The notes beneath the pieces are model-generated. The model was not told where the DNA came from. It was given only the letters and a program-made list of their open reading frames with translations, and ran no database searches. Source: a virus (Duplodnaviria > Caudoviricetes). Taken from it: 64,000 bases of DNA. The position numbers were made by a program, and so were the translations under genes. The stretch is from positions 1 through 64,000 of the IMG/VR virus record IMGVR_UViG_3300013121_000037; one strand, written 5' to 3'. Below are positions 18,797 through 28,852 of this stretch, one piece after another (position 1 is the first letter of the stretch; each line of letters opens with the position of its first letter).

Positions 18797-19042
18797 TTAC
18801 GACTGCACCGTGCAAATCGCCTTGATCTCTTTCGCCACTGGCAAGTTCTTCTGCAAACGCGCCTCAAACTGGCGTCGGCCTTTCTCGCCAGGATGGTAGA
18901 TCACCTGAGCACAGGGTTCACCAGGAACCTGCAACGCCACATAGCCGCGCTCCAGTCCGTAGCGACTGACCTTCCAACCGTGCTGGGCAGCCAACTCTTC
19001 CAGTGCTGCCATCTGCTCGCGTGTCAGTTTCAACGTCGCCAT
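18797..19042 (-). CDS. small hypothetical protein
   Basis: GAGGTG RBS; downstream of promoter motif 19087-19116. Confidence 0.55.
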   Translation of the reverse strand: MATLKLTREQMAALEELAAQHGWKVSRYGLERGYVALQVPGEPCAQVIYHPGEKGRRQFEARLQKNLPVAKEIKAICTVQS

Positions 19043-19086
19043 CTCATCACCTCAGTTAGCGTTCCCGTCGTTGGCCTTACATATAG

Positions 19087-19116
19087 TTATTCGTCAGCGA
19101 TAGGCGAGTATTTAAC
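19087..19116 (-). promoter_or_regulatory. bipartite promoter-like motif
   Basis: GTTAAAT-N16-CGAATAA upstream of 18797-19042. Confidence 0.7.
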
Positions 19117-19181
19117 CGTGCTGCGCAAAACTCGACAGTTTAGTTTTAACCAGTAGTGTACGCCAATACACCAGAAAATCG

Positions 19182-19211
19182 GTTAAATATTCGTCTGCTG
19201 GCAGCGAATTA
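19182..19211 (+). promoter_or_regulatory. bipartite promoter-like motif
   Basis: GTTAAAT-N16-CGAATTA upstream of 19257. Confidence 0.7.
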
Positions 19212-19256
19212 CTTACACTGGGACGGTGACAGGACACTTGAAACGAGGTTCAGAGC

Positions 19257-19502
19257 ATGACTGAAACGACAGCCGTCGCCCGTAACAAGGTGACCACGGT
19301 CACCATCAACATGATGGGAGATTGCCGTGGTTACCACAAGGAAGGTGGCACAGTGGTACGCGATACCACGGATGGCCGCTATGCGGTGATGAGCAGCAAA
19401 CCGGAAAAGGACGGAACCTTTCGCCTTATCAAGGTGTTCACCGATTTGCTGCACGCCCGCCGTTACAACTTCGCCATTCACGGCGACAAACTTGGTATTT
19501 AA
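19257..19502 (+). CDS. small hypothetical protein
   Basis: First gene after promoter motif 19182-19211. Confidence 0.55.
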   Translation: MTETTAVARNKVTTVTINMMGDCRGYHKEGGTVVRDTTDGRYAVMSSKPEKDGTFRLIKVFTDLLHARRYNFAIHGDKLGI

Positions 19503-19553
19503 GTTCACCACAACGCCAGAGGTTGCCCACCACTGTTTACTGGAGAGAGATAC

Positions 19554-19805
19554 ATGCAGTTACCACTGATTCACCTGAACGGAACCAGCAAGGACAGCCT
19601 GGTCGAAGACCTGTGCAACGCCAGTCAGGCACTGAACGACGCCTACGATGCTCTCAAGCGGACTGCTCCCAATGGCCGCGATTACTACCCGCTGGGAGCA
19701 ATAGCATTCGAGAAGGCAATTGCCGAGCACAATGAGCGATTACGTTCCCTGGACGCCATCAAGGCGGAAATCGACGCCCTGACCACTGGTATCTACGATC
19801 AGTAA
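19554..19805 (+). CDS. small hypothetical protein
   Basis: MQLPLIHLNGTSKDSL...PNGRDYY; preceded by intergenic direct repeat. Confidence 0.65.
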   Translation: MQLPLIHLNGTSKDSLVEDLCNASQALNDAYDALKRTAPNGRDYYPLGAIAFEKAIAEHNERLRSLDAIKAEIDALTTGIYDQ

Positions 19806-19851
19806 CCACAACGCCAGAGGTCGCCCACTCTGGCTTACCAGAGAGGAAGAC

Positions 19852-20217
19852 ATGAAGAAGAAAGAATTGCTGGAACACTGGCAGAACCTGAAACGCAAAC
19901 GGAAACTGGCACCGCGCCCGGTAGCCTACGAACACGCTGGCAGCACGTTTGACCAGGACGGCATCCGCATCACTGGCAGCGCTCAGTTTATTGATGCCGT
20001 GCTGTCACGCCTGACCGAACTGCTGGACTTCGAGAACACCGAAACCCGCTTGCAGGTGTCATACCAGCAGGCCACCGACAAGGACTCCCGACGTCCCATC
20101 CCCAATTCGTATTCCTGCTACATCCAGGTTCACGAACGTGGGGCAGAGGCCCAGATGGTCAACGCTTACGCCAGTGCCATCTGTGGCCGCAAAGTTATCG
20201 TCAGCAAGCACTATTAA
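19852..20217 (+). CDS. hypothetical protein
   Basis: GAGAGG RBS within intergenic direct repeat. Confidence 0.65.
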   Translation: MKKKELLEHWQNLKRKRKLAPRPVAYEHAGSTFDQDGIRITGSAQFIDAVLSRLTELLDFENTETRLQVSYQQATDKDSRRPIPNSYSCYIQVHERGAEAQMVNAYASAICGRKVIVSKHY

Positions 20218-20266
20218 GAGCAACCCCGCCAGAGGTCGCCCACTCTGGCTTACCTGAGAGGAACCC

Positions 20267-20611
20267 ATGCCAATTATTACCCACGAACCAGGCCAGTATG
20301 ACCGCGGCCTCTGCCACGGTCGCCCCGTCGAATTCTCCCGCGCCCTCTGGCGCTGGATCTATACCGACACCCCCGAAGATAAGCCCGTCGAAGCCGTCCA
20401 CGGACGTATCGAAAGCGTCATGGTCGGCAGTCTGGACCACGAGGTACAGAAGATCGCGGCACAGGTGTTGCGGGTGCCCACCCTGACCACCCGTAACAGC
20501 GACCGCCTGGACTTCCACGAGTTAAGCGTGTGGCAGATCAAGGAAGCGCTCGAACAAGCCTATGCCGCCGGCTTTAAGGCTGGTCAGGAAAGTGAGGAAC
20601 CATCATCATGA
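20267..20611 (+). CDS. hypothetical protein (C-terminal TLxTRNSDxLDFHE...IKEALEQAYAAG motif)
   Basis: RBS within intergenic direct repeat; conserved-looking C-terminal motif. Confidence 0.6.
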   Translation: MPIITHEPGQYDRGLCHGRPVEFSRALWRWIYTDTPEDKPVEAVHGRIESVMVGSLDHEVQKIAAQVLRVPTLTTRNSDRLDFHELSVWQIKEALEQAYAAGFKAGQESEEPSS

Positions 20612-20862
20612 GCAGAGGCGATAAACCCTACACCGCCATGACCTACCGCGAATGGCTTATCGGCCAGATCGCCAATGGACTGGCTGCCAACCCAAGATTT
20701 GCGGATACTCTGGCGTCGTCTACCCCCCCTATACTGGTTAACATCGTCATTAACAACGCAGACGACATTATCCGCCGTCTGGACAGCGAACAGGAACATC
20801 CGGAGCAGGATGTCAGCGCTGAACTCCGCGACCCAGAAATCCCGTTCTAACCCATCACCGCA

Positions 20863-20895
20863 CTGCGCAAAATGCGACTGTCGCATTTTGCGCAG
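20863..20895. repeat. 33-bp palindrome, fully symmetric example
   Basis: CTGCGCAAAA-TGCGA-CTG-TCGCA-TTTTGCGCAG. Confidence 0.95.
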
Positions 20896-21690
20896 TGCCT
20901 GCGAGAACCTTTCTCATGACCCTGCGTGAACGACTCGACAAACTGGCCGCTGCTGGTTGCGGTGATCCTCAGTGCCAGGAGTGCGCCAAGCCCATGACAG
21001 GCGCACCCTGTTACCTGCACTCCTCCTGCCACCCCGAGGTGCCCCACCTGATCTATCACAGTTTCGGCGCCATCAGCGTGGAATGTCTCCGCACTGACTG
21101 CATGAAAACCATACTGTCCTTCCAGTCCCGCCGTACCCAGTTGCTCCTGGCCTCCTGGACCATCATTGCCACGCACGGCAAGGACGAACTGCTACACCTG
21201 ACCAACCAGTGCCACCCTGATACCCCTCTGTGGTGCTCCTACCAGCATGGCAGCGGTGTCATCACCGCCCACTGTGCCCAGTGCCAGCAACCCCTGGCCC
21301 GCTTCACCATCGACTAACTGGAGTGCGGAGAAAAACCATGTTCACCTCAGCACGGCAGCGCTGGCAGGCCGCCTATCGCCTGCACCGGGCCACCCGCCAC
21401 AGTCACGCCTACCCTTGCAACAGCACCCTCCTGGAAGCACTGGAGCACCTGGTTGGTAGCAGAATCGCCTGGCACTGCACCGCCCACCATGACCACGATC
21501 CACTCACCACTCCACTGGCACAGCGATTCCACCTCTGGAAAACCTTTGGCATTCACTGGTCACCCCACCTGCGCGGTCTGCGCACCAGGAAAGCAGTCAA
21601 GGTACTGATTGCCAGAACTTCTCCAAGCGTATTCACGGCAAATGTGCCCACCAACTAAATCTGACACCATTACCCAGGCAGTAAAACAAA

Positions 21691-21728
21691 CAACCCTTGC
21701 TGAGGTTACACAACCTCAGCAAGGGTTG
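21691..21728. terminator. bidirectional terminator between convergent operons
   Basis: Perfect 17-bp stem CAACCCTTGCTGAGGTT-ACAC-AACCTCAGCAAGGGTTG. Confidence 0.75.
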
Positions 21729-21755
21729 ACAGCAATCTGATATTTGTCCACTCCG

Positions 21756-22844
21756 CTAGGAGATGATGTCCTGGATCAAGTAGCCAGAGGCGGGGGCAGC
21801 AAGTCGCTCCGTAACTGACGAAATTACCCTTAACTCATCCAGGCGATTTCTGTTGTCGGGCAGGGTCTCGAGCTCGATCTCGCTGCCGTGGTAGAACAGT
21901 TGCATGGTGGAGTAGTTGGTGGTGCCGTAGGTGCCATCCAGTTTGCCCGGGCGCACGCAGACGATGGCCGAGTCCTCGCTCTTGATGAAGCGCCGTGCCG
22001 CCGGACTGCCGGTGGTGCTGGCTTCCACGCCCGACGCCTTCGGACGCTCACCCACTCGCACCGCATCCTCCACGACGATTTTCCAACCATACAGGTACTT
22101 GGGCAAACCGTAGTTCTCGATCATCTCCGCTTCCGTGCCGGTCAAGCGCCGGTAGGCATCACCCGCCGACCCTTGCAGGTAGGAGTGAATCTCGCTGGTC
22201 TGACTCATCTTCCGCGCCGCCCCGGGGGCCAGCACCAGAATCAGCGGCGAATCCGGATCGTTGAAGTTGACCACACCGTTGGTGTTGAGTTGCACGATCT
22301 GCGCCACCTGATCCAGCGTCTTCTTGATGGCCAGGAAATGCACATCGCCCGGGTCATTGGTGGCCTTGTCCCAGAACCCCGCCCCACCGTTGAGGTTGTT
22401 GGCCGTGTCGGTGTTGTTGCCCCAGTTCGCGGTGTTTTCCGCCATGGTGATGAGGCGCTGGGTCCGCTTGGCCATGTGCTGGTTCTGAATCCCCTTGGTG
22501 TTGGCCAGCAGCACCTTGTAGGCCGCCTGCTGTTGTACCAGCCAGCCAATGGTGGTGGCGTCCATGCGCCGGATGCACTGGAACTCCACCCAGTCGTGCT
22601 TGACCTGGTTCCACTTATTCTCCGGTGCCCTGGCGCCATCTGGCCAGGCGTCCTCATCATTGGTGACGAAGCGCTGGAAGTTGTCCACCTCCAGTTTCAT
22701 GTACACGCCGACCTCGGTCGGTGCTTTCACCAGCTGGGTATACTCGTTGTAGCGGTACGTTTTGGGATCGCGAATGAACGCGATTACCTGCCCGGTTGCC
22801 TCGGGAATGTAGGCGTTGAACTGCGATGTATACTGCAGGGTCAT
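21756..22844 (-). CDS. major capsid protein
   Basis: 362 aa, downstream of protease/scaffold and decoration genes; C-terminal AAPASGYLIQDII typical of capsid-E-like proteins. Confidence 0.7.
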   Translation of the reverse strand: MTLQYTSQFNAYIPEATGQVIAFIRDPKTYRYNEYTQLVKAPTEVGVYMKLEVDNFQRFVTNDEDAWPDGARAPENKWNQVKHDWVEFQCIRRMDATTIGWLVQQQAAYKVLLANTKGIQNQHMAKRTQRLITMAENTANWGNNTDTANNLNGGAGFWDKATNDPGDVHFLAIKKTLDQVAQIVQLNTNGVVNFNDPDSPLILVLAPGAARKMSQTSEIHSYLQGSAGDAYRRLTGTEAEMIENYGLPKYLYGWKIVVEDAVRVGERPKASGVEASTTGSPAARRFIKSEDSAIVCVRPGKLDGTYGTTNYSTMQLFYHGSEIELETLPDNRNRLDELRVISSVTERLAAPASGYLIQDIIS

Positions 22845-23055
22845 GGCGCTGCCTCTCTGGTTCCAGAAAAACAGCGAGGTCGCAGCGTTGCCGCCGCGAC
22901 CCCCTTACAGGCCACGAAGGATAAGGCTTCTCCCGGGTAATTAGGCCGGTTCAGCCTGCTGAAGCCGCAACGGCCACGTTGCGACCCCGCCAGATCTTTT
23001 TCAACTCTTCTACTCACTGCGCAAAATGTAACTGTCTACTTTTGCGCAGCACCGT

Positions 23056-23445
23056 TTAGTTGCTCACCTCACCGGGTTGCACCCGCATCGGGATCACCTC
23101 ACCGCTGACCCCATCGGCCAGCGCGAAACCACCATACTGCACCTGATCGGTCGTGGTGGCCACGCCCTTGCCATCGCCATCCGAGGCCAGCCGGTCTCCC
23201 TGGTTGACCGTGCCACCCAGTTCGATGCCGCACTCTTCACCCAGGCCATACGCCAGCACCGGTTCGCCCGCGGCAGCGTGCTTGCCCGAGGTGTCGATGT
23301 ACTGCGCCCGCCGCGTGCCCGGACCGGACACACCCAGCGGCAAATCGCCAGAGCCGGCCTGGGTGACCTTGCCATCCGTGCCCGATGCCTTGAAGAACCG
23401 GCAGGGATAGATGTCCCCCGTCGCGATAAAACCTTGAGTTGGCAT
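23056..23445 (-). CDS. capsid cement/decoration protein (DUF2190-like)
   Basis: AAAGEPV...GGTVNQGDRLASDGDGKGV...GFALADG.SGEVI. Confidence 0.75.
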   Translation of the reverse strand: MPTQGFIATGDIYPCRFFKASGTDGKVTQAGSGDLPLGVSGPGTRRAQYIDTSGKHAAAGEPVLAYGLGEECGIELGGTVNQGDRLASDGDGKGVATTTDQVQYGGFALADGVSGEVIPMRVQPGEVSN

Positions 23446-23501
23446 GACCAGAATCCCCTGCTATAAGGCAGCGCCCCCGGCGCGATGTTGACCAGAAAAA
23501 C

Positions 23502-24329
23502 TTACATGGCGGCAATGACCGCGTTGACCTTTCCCGCCACTTCCGCAATGGCATCCTGCAAGGCATCAATCGCCGTGCGATTTTCCGCCTGTCGCGCCGC
23601 CAGCGAGGCCACATGATTGACCAGCACCGTCAGCGCCGGATGACTGTACTCGAACCACACCTCGTAATCCCGCGTCCCGTTGGGGGCCGTGCCGGGAATG
23701 AACGAGTTATTGGTACTGTCCGTGGCCGATGGCGATTCCTCGGTGCCTGCCGTCACCAGTTTGACAATGCTCAAACCAGTTGCCCCGAAAGGCACTGGTA
23801 CTCCCAGTTTGGTGGCATAACCAAAATCGAGCGTGTCGCCAGCCGCTGACCCTGTGATGGAATTCAGCGTCACACTGGTCACCTTCGCAAACACTTTTAC
23901 CCCAGCCTGCACCAGACCACCAGCGAACACAAAGTTCTCGGTGATACTGCTGCCATCCGGAGCAGTGCCAGCCACGGTGATGTCAAACGCGGAGATGCTG
24001 GTGTCGCCATCCGTGACCGTGATCTTCACGTTGCGCGGCACGTCCGGCTGAGCAATGCTTGCCATCGTGGCGCCTGGACTGACCCCGTTCAGATCCAGTT
24101 GTGCGGCTCCACCTGTGTCGGCAGCTGCGGCAATGTCCACATAGTACACATACCCGGCCATGCTGTTGGTCAGGGCCGCCAGCGTGGCACTGGCACTGCC
24201 ACCCGATGAATCCGTCAACGCGGTGGGCAACGTGATAGCACCAATGGTACCATCTGTCGCCGCCCCACCCGAGGAATCCGTCAGCACTGCCGGTTTATAG
24301 CCCGTGGGCCGGTAACCTGAGAACCCCAT
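23502..24329 (-). CDS. putative head decoration/fibre protein
   Basis: LTDSSGG repeats, PDVPRNV motif, C-terminal coiled coil. Confidence 0.5.
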   Translation of the reverse strand: MGFSGYRPTGYKPAVLTDSSGGAATDGTIGAITLPTALTDSSGGSASATLAALTNSMAGYVYYVDIAAAADTGGAAQLDLNGVSPGATMASIAQPDVPRNVKITVTDGDTSISAFDITVAGTAPDGSSITENFVFAGGLVQAGVKVFAKVTSVTLNSITGSAAGDTLDFGYATKLGVPVPFGATGLSIVKLVTAGTEESPSATDSTNNSFIPGTAPNGTRDYEVWFEYSHPALTVLVNHVASLAARQAENRTAIDALQDAIAEVAGKVNAVIAAM

Positions 24330-24341
24330 GATGACCTCCCG

Positions 24342-25010
24342 TTACCGCTTGGTGTAAACCGCATCGACCAGTTCCAGCACGCCCGCATTGGTGCCGTTGT
24401 CCGATTGCAGGATCATCGGTTCATACAGTCCCGACAGGTCCGAACCCGGCAGGCCACCAATCGAGGACAGAAAACCCAGACTGTCATCGCCACCCATATA
24501 GGTGACCGTGGACGCCGGCAGGGTGTAACGCGGATGCGCGTTGCCATCCTTCGGGTTGGTGTCCGTGATGGTCCCGAAAAACCAAAACTTGCCCCCGACC
24601 TTCACGCCACCCGTTGGAACATTGTTGGTCAGCGTGATGGCCAGTGACGACACGCTGGCCACAAGGTCCACCACCACGTTACCATCGGCCACTTCGTAGG
24701 CCACATAATCGTTGGCTGCAATGACGTTGTTGCTGGTTTTTGGCGTAACCGAACAGTAACTGCTATACGCGCCCGGGTCGCGGACAATGTTCACGACCGC
24801 TTGCCCGGCGGCAGCAACAGCGGAAAACGTGGTCACTCCCAGCGGGCGCATGGCCGTGAGTACATGCGCCGTGGCCCCGGCGGTATACCAGGCCCGCCGC
24901 AACCGGGTCCGCAGACCCAACACTGGCTCCACCAGACGGGTAATGAGCGTGCCCGCGTTTTGTGTCAGTCGCCCGTAACCACGGGCATCACCAATGGGAA
25001 AACCATACAT
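24342..25010 (-). CDS. hypothetical virion protein
   Basis: Beta-rich ORF in head cluster with GAGGAG RBS. Confidence 0.5.
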   Translation of the reverse strand: MYGFPIGDARGYGRLTQNAGTLITRLVEPVLGLRTRLRRAWYTAGATAHVLTAMRPLGVTTFSAVAAAGQAVVNIVRDPGAYSSYCSVTPKTSNNVIAANDYVAYEVADGNVVVDLVASVSSLAITLTNNVPTGGVKVGGKFWFFGTITDTNPKDGNAHPRYTLPASTVTYMGGDDSLGFLSSIGGLPGSDLSGLYEPMILQSDNGTNAGVLELVDAVYTKR

Positions 25011-25102
25011 CGTTTTACTCCTCTTGCTCTGTTCCAGCCCTGACCGGTGTTCCGCGCCGGCTGAAGTCTGGAAAGTGTGCCGCTACACGCAGGGCGTGGC
25101 GG

Positions 25103-26488
25103 TTATTTCTTCCTACCGTTCAGTTTCTCAATGGCATACGCCTTGGCCTTCGCAAAACCGTCCTCACCCCAGAGGTTGTTGTCCCGCTGGTACTGAGCGG
25201 CTACCTCCATGTGTTCCCGGCTGAACACCGGTTCCTTGCCGCCTGGCGTCGGCCCCGTGGTGTCCAGCAGGGGCCGGTTGATCGGTGCCCGCCGGTCACG
25301 CTGAATCTTTTGCACCTGTCGCTCAAAATGCACCGCGGCCTTGTCCGCCGGAATCAACCGGGCCAGGTCCAGCGCCTCTGTCAGTTCGGCGTCCAGGTCG
25401 AACTCATAGCCATCGTCCTTGAGTTTCTGCAGTTCACGCTGGTACTGCGTGGCCTGCTCCTTCTCCCGCAATGCCTTCTCGTTGGCGGCGTTCTTGGCCT
25501 CCAGCGCCACCAGTCGCTCGGTCAGGTCCAGGATCTGCCGCTCGTACTGCGCCGGCGTGCTGGCGCGACCGTAGCCAGCACCCATCTTCACATCCGGTTT
25601 GGGCGGATTGACGGGTGGCAATGTGGCGTTGTTCTCGCTGGTCACCACTGGCGAGGCCGCCGGTGGATTGGCTGCGGCATAATCCGAATGCATCCGGTCC
25701 AGGTGTGGGAATTTTTCCCCCATGTAGTGAGTGGCGCAGGCATAAAACTTCTTCTTGAAGTCGTCGTCTGGTTGCCCCATGGGGTCATCCGGGTCCATGC
25801 CCTCGCCAAACATCAGCGGCTTGCCTTCCTTCTCATCGTCCTTTGGTGCAAACGGTGTATCAGCCACGGCAGAACCCCCTGGTTGCTTGGCGTAGAATGA
25901 GGCGACTGGAGCCGGGTTTTGTGGGAAGTTTTGTGGAAAGAAAACCCAGCGGGTGTCGCCCCGGGAATAGTGAACACAATCGGTAGTTTTATCGGTGCCG
26001 TAGATCAGAGCGCCCATGTCCAGACGTGGGTCGGTCCGCAACAGCGCCACGGCGGTCAGGTCGTCGGACTGGTCATAAAACTCCGCAGAGCGGAATGGTA
26101 ATTCGCTAACCTCGTGCATGCGGCCCTTGCGGACGTACATGTCCACCCGCAGCACCGGCGTGCCGTCTGGCAAGGGTGGGCCAATGCGGGCATTGCGGCC
26201 AAAGGCAAGAATGGCGGGTTGATCCCCCTGCGCTGTGGTGCGCGGGTCGCGGGTATGCCCCGACTGGAAGCGGAGCGGTACGCCCCGCCTCTGGTAGACG
26301 GCATTGATGCGCTCGGCAATTTTTCGCAACCGGTTGGCGTCCACGGCAATCTCGCGTTCCTCGCCATCGGCACCGACATGCGGCACCTTGTGCGGCACGA
26401 AGATGGGCACCCCGTACTCGATGTGATCCCAGTTGCCCGGGTCATCGAACTTTTGCAGTGAACGCAGTTCTGGCGCAGCCACAGCCAC
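25103..26488 (-). CDS. prohead protease-scaffold (Mu gpI-like)
   Basis: Protease-like N-domain (GHT...RSAEF...AVALL...P) plus acidic linker and coiled-coil scaffold; located between portal region and capsid. Confidence 0.65.
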   Translation of the reverse strand: MAVAAPELRSLQKFDDPGNWDHIEYGVPIFVPHKVPHVGADGEEREIAVDANRLRKIAERINAVYQRRGVPLRFQSGHTRDPRTTAQGDQPAILAFGRNARIGPPLPDGTPVLRVDMYVRKGRMHEVSELPFRSAEFYDQSDDLTAVALLRTDPRLDMGALIYGTDKTTDCVHYSRGDTRWVFFPQNFPQNPAPVASFYAKQPGGSAVADTPFAPKDDEKEGKPLMFGEGMDPDDPMGQPDDDFKKKFYACATHYMGEKFPHLDRMHSDYAAANPPAASPVVTSENNATLPPVNPPKPDVKMGAGYGRASTPAQYERQILDLTERLVALEAKNAANEKALREKEQATQYQRELQKLKDDGYEFDLDAELTEALDLARLIPADKAAVHFERQVQKIQRDRRAPINRPLLDTTGPTPGGKEPVFSREHMEVAAQYQRDNNLWGEDGFAKAKAYAIEKLNGRKK

Positions 26489-26623
26489 GATTCTTGCACC
26501 ATATCCAGGTGACAGAGTTCAGGGTACGGCACCCCGGCCACGTCACTGAGAGTGCAGAAAAGGAAGTTCCTGTTGCAAATGGCTTTGAGACAGGTCGGCA
26601 GTACAGAGGAGAGGTGGGCAAAA

Positions 26624-27361
26624 CTAGACAGTAGCATTTTGTGCAGTGGCGGCTTTGGCCCACTGGAGACAGGCGTCACTCAACGGTGACAGTGCTGCTG
26701 TTTTGGTGGGCCACCAGATAAAGCGCGATTCTGTTTTTAGCCAGACAGCGTACAGTTCTGGCGGCAATCCGGCTAAATCACCAGGATCTGTACTGTAGAA
26801 GGCCCACCAGTAACCTTCAGTCCCGGTCAACTCAGACATCGCCCAGGCAGGTTCTACATCGCTTAAAGTGACACGTTCTACTGGATGCTGCCGCACGATG
26901 GCCGGTCCGTGCCGAATCCAATCGTCTTTGGGGCAGGCGACGGACTGAATAAAACCACGGCGAAAGACTGCCACGTCCAGCCAGGAAACACCCAGCAAGA
27001 TACCGGCACTGGTAAGCGGTTCCAGCCAGCGAAAGGCATTGGACTGGTACGCAAAGTCAGCACAGGGATTCGACAGCAGTATTGCTACACGTTGCCGCAG
27101 TTTGTCACGCTGCCACCACAAGTCGCGACGTTTGCCTTCGCGACAGCGCGGACAGGGAACGGTGGGATCTGGCAGGCACTGGCACTTGCCCAGCGTCACT
27201 ATCTCGTCATCCACCTGCGCCAGTTCGTACTGTACCCGGATGAACTCGGCGCGGTCCGGGTCGCCGTTCTCTTCTAACCAGTCGGCATAGATCAACCGCG
27301 GCGCATCCTCTGCTGGTGCGTCCAGAATGGCTTGCAGCAATGCCTGGTGCTGTGAGATCAT
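26624..27361 (-). CDS. TIGR02996 domain protein (copy 2)
   Basis: LLQAILDAPAEDAPRLIYADWLEENGDPDRAEFIRVQ; stop inside 33-bp repeat. Confidence 0.85.
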   Translation of the reverse strand: MISQHQALLQAILDAPAEDAPRLIYADWLEENGDPDRAEFIRVQYELAQVDDEIVTLGKCQCLPDPTVPCPRCREGKRRDLWWQRDKLRQRVAILLSNPCADFAYQSNAFRWLEPLTSAGILLGVSWLDVAVFRRGFIQSVACPKDDWIRHGPAIVRQHPVERVTLSDVEPAWAMSELTGTEGYWWAFYSTDPGDLAGLPPELYAVWLKTESRFIWWPTKTAALSPLSDACLQWAKAATAQNATV

Positions 27362-27387
27362 ATCAGAGGTTTCAGCAAACGATATGC

Positions 27388-27750
27388 CTAGCGCAACCGC
27401 ACCGCGTCTTTGCGGTGCAGGTGGGAATTTCCCTCACCTTTCACTCTCACATTATCCCACACCCACTCACCCTTGCTCGGTGCGCGCAAGAGGTCCTCGG
27501 CCTCTTCCTGACTGAAGGGTGAGTAAAGCCAGGCCACTCCCTCTCTATACTCCACCATCAACCTGCCCGTGGCCGCGTCTGGACTGTCGCGCAGCCACTG
27601 GATGGCCACCACATTGGAGGAGGAGACAAACACCAGTTCTCCAGCCAGAAACCCCCTGGCGTCGGCCTCCGACATGGCCCCGCCACCCGTGCCCCGCTGC
27701 CAGGTGTGCTTTTTCCTCTTGCCGCCGAAGTAGTCGAATATGTTGGCCAT
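27388..27750 (-). CDS. KTSC domain protein
   Basis: VSSSNVVAI...LMVEY...YS...LLRAPSKGEWVWDNVR. Confidence 0.75.
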   Translation of the reverse strand: MANIFDYFGGKRKKHTWQRGTGGGAMSEADARGFLAGELVFVSSSNVVAIQWLRDSPDAATGRLMVEYREGVAWLYSPFSQEEAEDLLRAPSKGEWVWDNVRVKGEGNSHLHRKDAVRLR

Positions 27751-27778
27751 GCCCAACAGGATGCCAGAAGTGCCAGCG

Positions 27779-27829
27779 CAAAAGAAACTGGCCAGCGAGT
27801 GACAATTCACCGCTGGCCAGTTTCTTTTG
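27779..27829. terminator. long inverted repeat / stem-loop
   Basis: CAAAAGAAACTGGCCAGCG...CGCTGGCCAGTTTCTTTTG (19-bp arms). Confidence 0.6.
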
Positions 27830-27853
27830 TCTTTCGCCAACCGCAAGGTTGTG

Positions 27854-28114
27854 TCAGAAAATGACTGCGAACTCTTTCAGTTCCGGAAACTGCTTCAGAC
27901 ATGACTCACCGACCGGATACCAACCCAGATCGGCAGCAGCATTATTGTACTCATCGTCAGGGTGGCACAGATGACTGCCACCTTCCACCAGGTGTACCTC
28001 ATACCGCACCTTCACCACGGGAACGCCACAGACAGCGCACGGCAAGTTGTTGCCACCATGCTTCAGTGACTCAGGCACACCAATCTTCGGACAGCGAATC
28101 AACCTGGCCATCAT
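27854..28114 (-). CDS. small Cys-rich protein (paralog of 28447-28722)
   Basis: CAVC...PVGESCLKQFPE. Confidence 0.55.
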   Translation of the reverse strand: MMARLIRCPKIGVPESLKHGGNNLPCAVCGVPVVKVRYEVHLVEGGSHLCHPDDEYNNAAADLGWYPVGESCLKQFPELKEFAVIF

Positions 28115-28446
28115 CCACCCCTTTCAGTTGCACTGGACAGAATGCGCGAGTCGCATTCTGTCCACTTGATGTTAAAACGGCAGGTCGCTGTCGTTGTATT
28201 CAACGGCAAGCAACTTCCCTGCCGCATACTGTGCTTTCATGGACTGCCAGGAGCGTAAGGCAGATACCGCCGCCCACGCTGCCAGCAACCACGGACACTT
28301 GCTGCGCCGGGTCTTGCCCCAGCGCCAGCGGGAATCGTGGTCGGCCCGGATGGCGTCCTTCATGGTCTTGCCATGACGGCGCAACTGCTGCACCGCCTGT
28401 CGCAATTCAGCAGTCACCCCCGCTAGTTGTTCTTCTGGTGTGATCG

Positions 28447-28722
28447 TCATGGTTGCACCACAGCAAACCGCCATTCTGGATGTTGCCGCAGACAGTCAGA
28501 ACCAATCGGCAACGCAAACCGACCAAAAGTTATCTCGTCTGGCTGTACTGGTTCGGAAGGATCAACCACCCACCAATCACCGTCTTCGGTGCGTGATAAC
28601 ATCAAATGAACCGCACCAGCATGGACACGCTTAAAGCAATACAGGCACCGGTCTGGTGCATAAGCGTTTGAACCGTCTGGACACCATGACCTCGACTGAC
28701 AAAGCATGATTCTCCGTGCCAT
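28447..28722 (-). CDS. small Cys-rich protein
   Basis: CLYC...PIGSDCLRQHPE; follows promoter motif 28746-28775. Confidence 0.55.
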   Translation of the reverse strand: MARRIMLCQSRSWCPDGSNAYAPDRCLYCFKRVHAGAVHLMLSRTEDGDWWVVDPSEPVQPDEITFGRFALPIGSDCLRQHPEWRFAVVQP

Positions 28723-28745
28723 CTTTCACCATTCTCTCCACCATC

Positions 28746-28775
28746 TTATTCGCTGCCGACAGAATTAGATTTAAC
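28746..28775 (-). promoter_or_regulatory. bipartite promoter-like motif
   Basis: GTTAAAT-N16-CGAATAA upstream of 28722. Confidence 0.7.
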
Positions 28776-28852
28776 AAATCCCTGCTTTTCGCCGGCCAAT
28801 GGTGTACAGGTACAGCAGTTGCCGGAAATTTTCCGCCAGCAGGACAATTATC

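Larger units (their letters stand above)
19507..20262 (+). repeat. three intergenic direct repeats (hairpin plus RBS) at 19507-19530, 19805-19839 and 20227-20254
   Basis: CGCCAGAGGTYGCCCAC(TCTGGCTTACC) followed by purine-rich RBS and ATG. Confidence 0.85.

Noticed and set aside
2637-22940. Long plus-strand ORFs 2637-3818, 12889-13911 and 21888-22940
   Set aside because: Antisense shadows of GC-rich minus-strand genes with no recognisable motifs.
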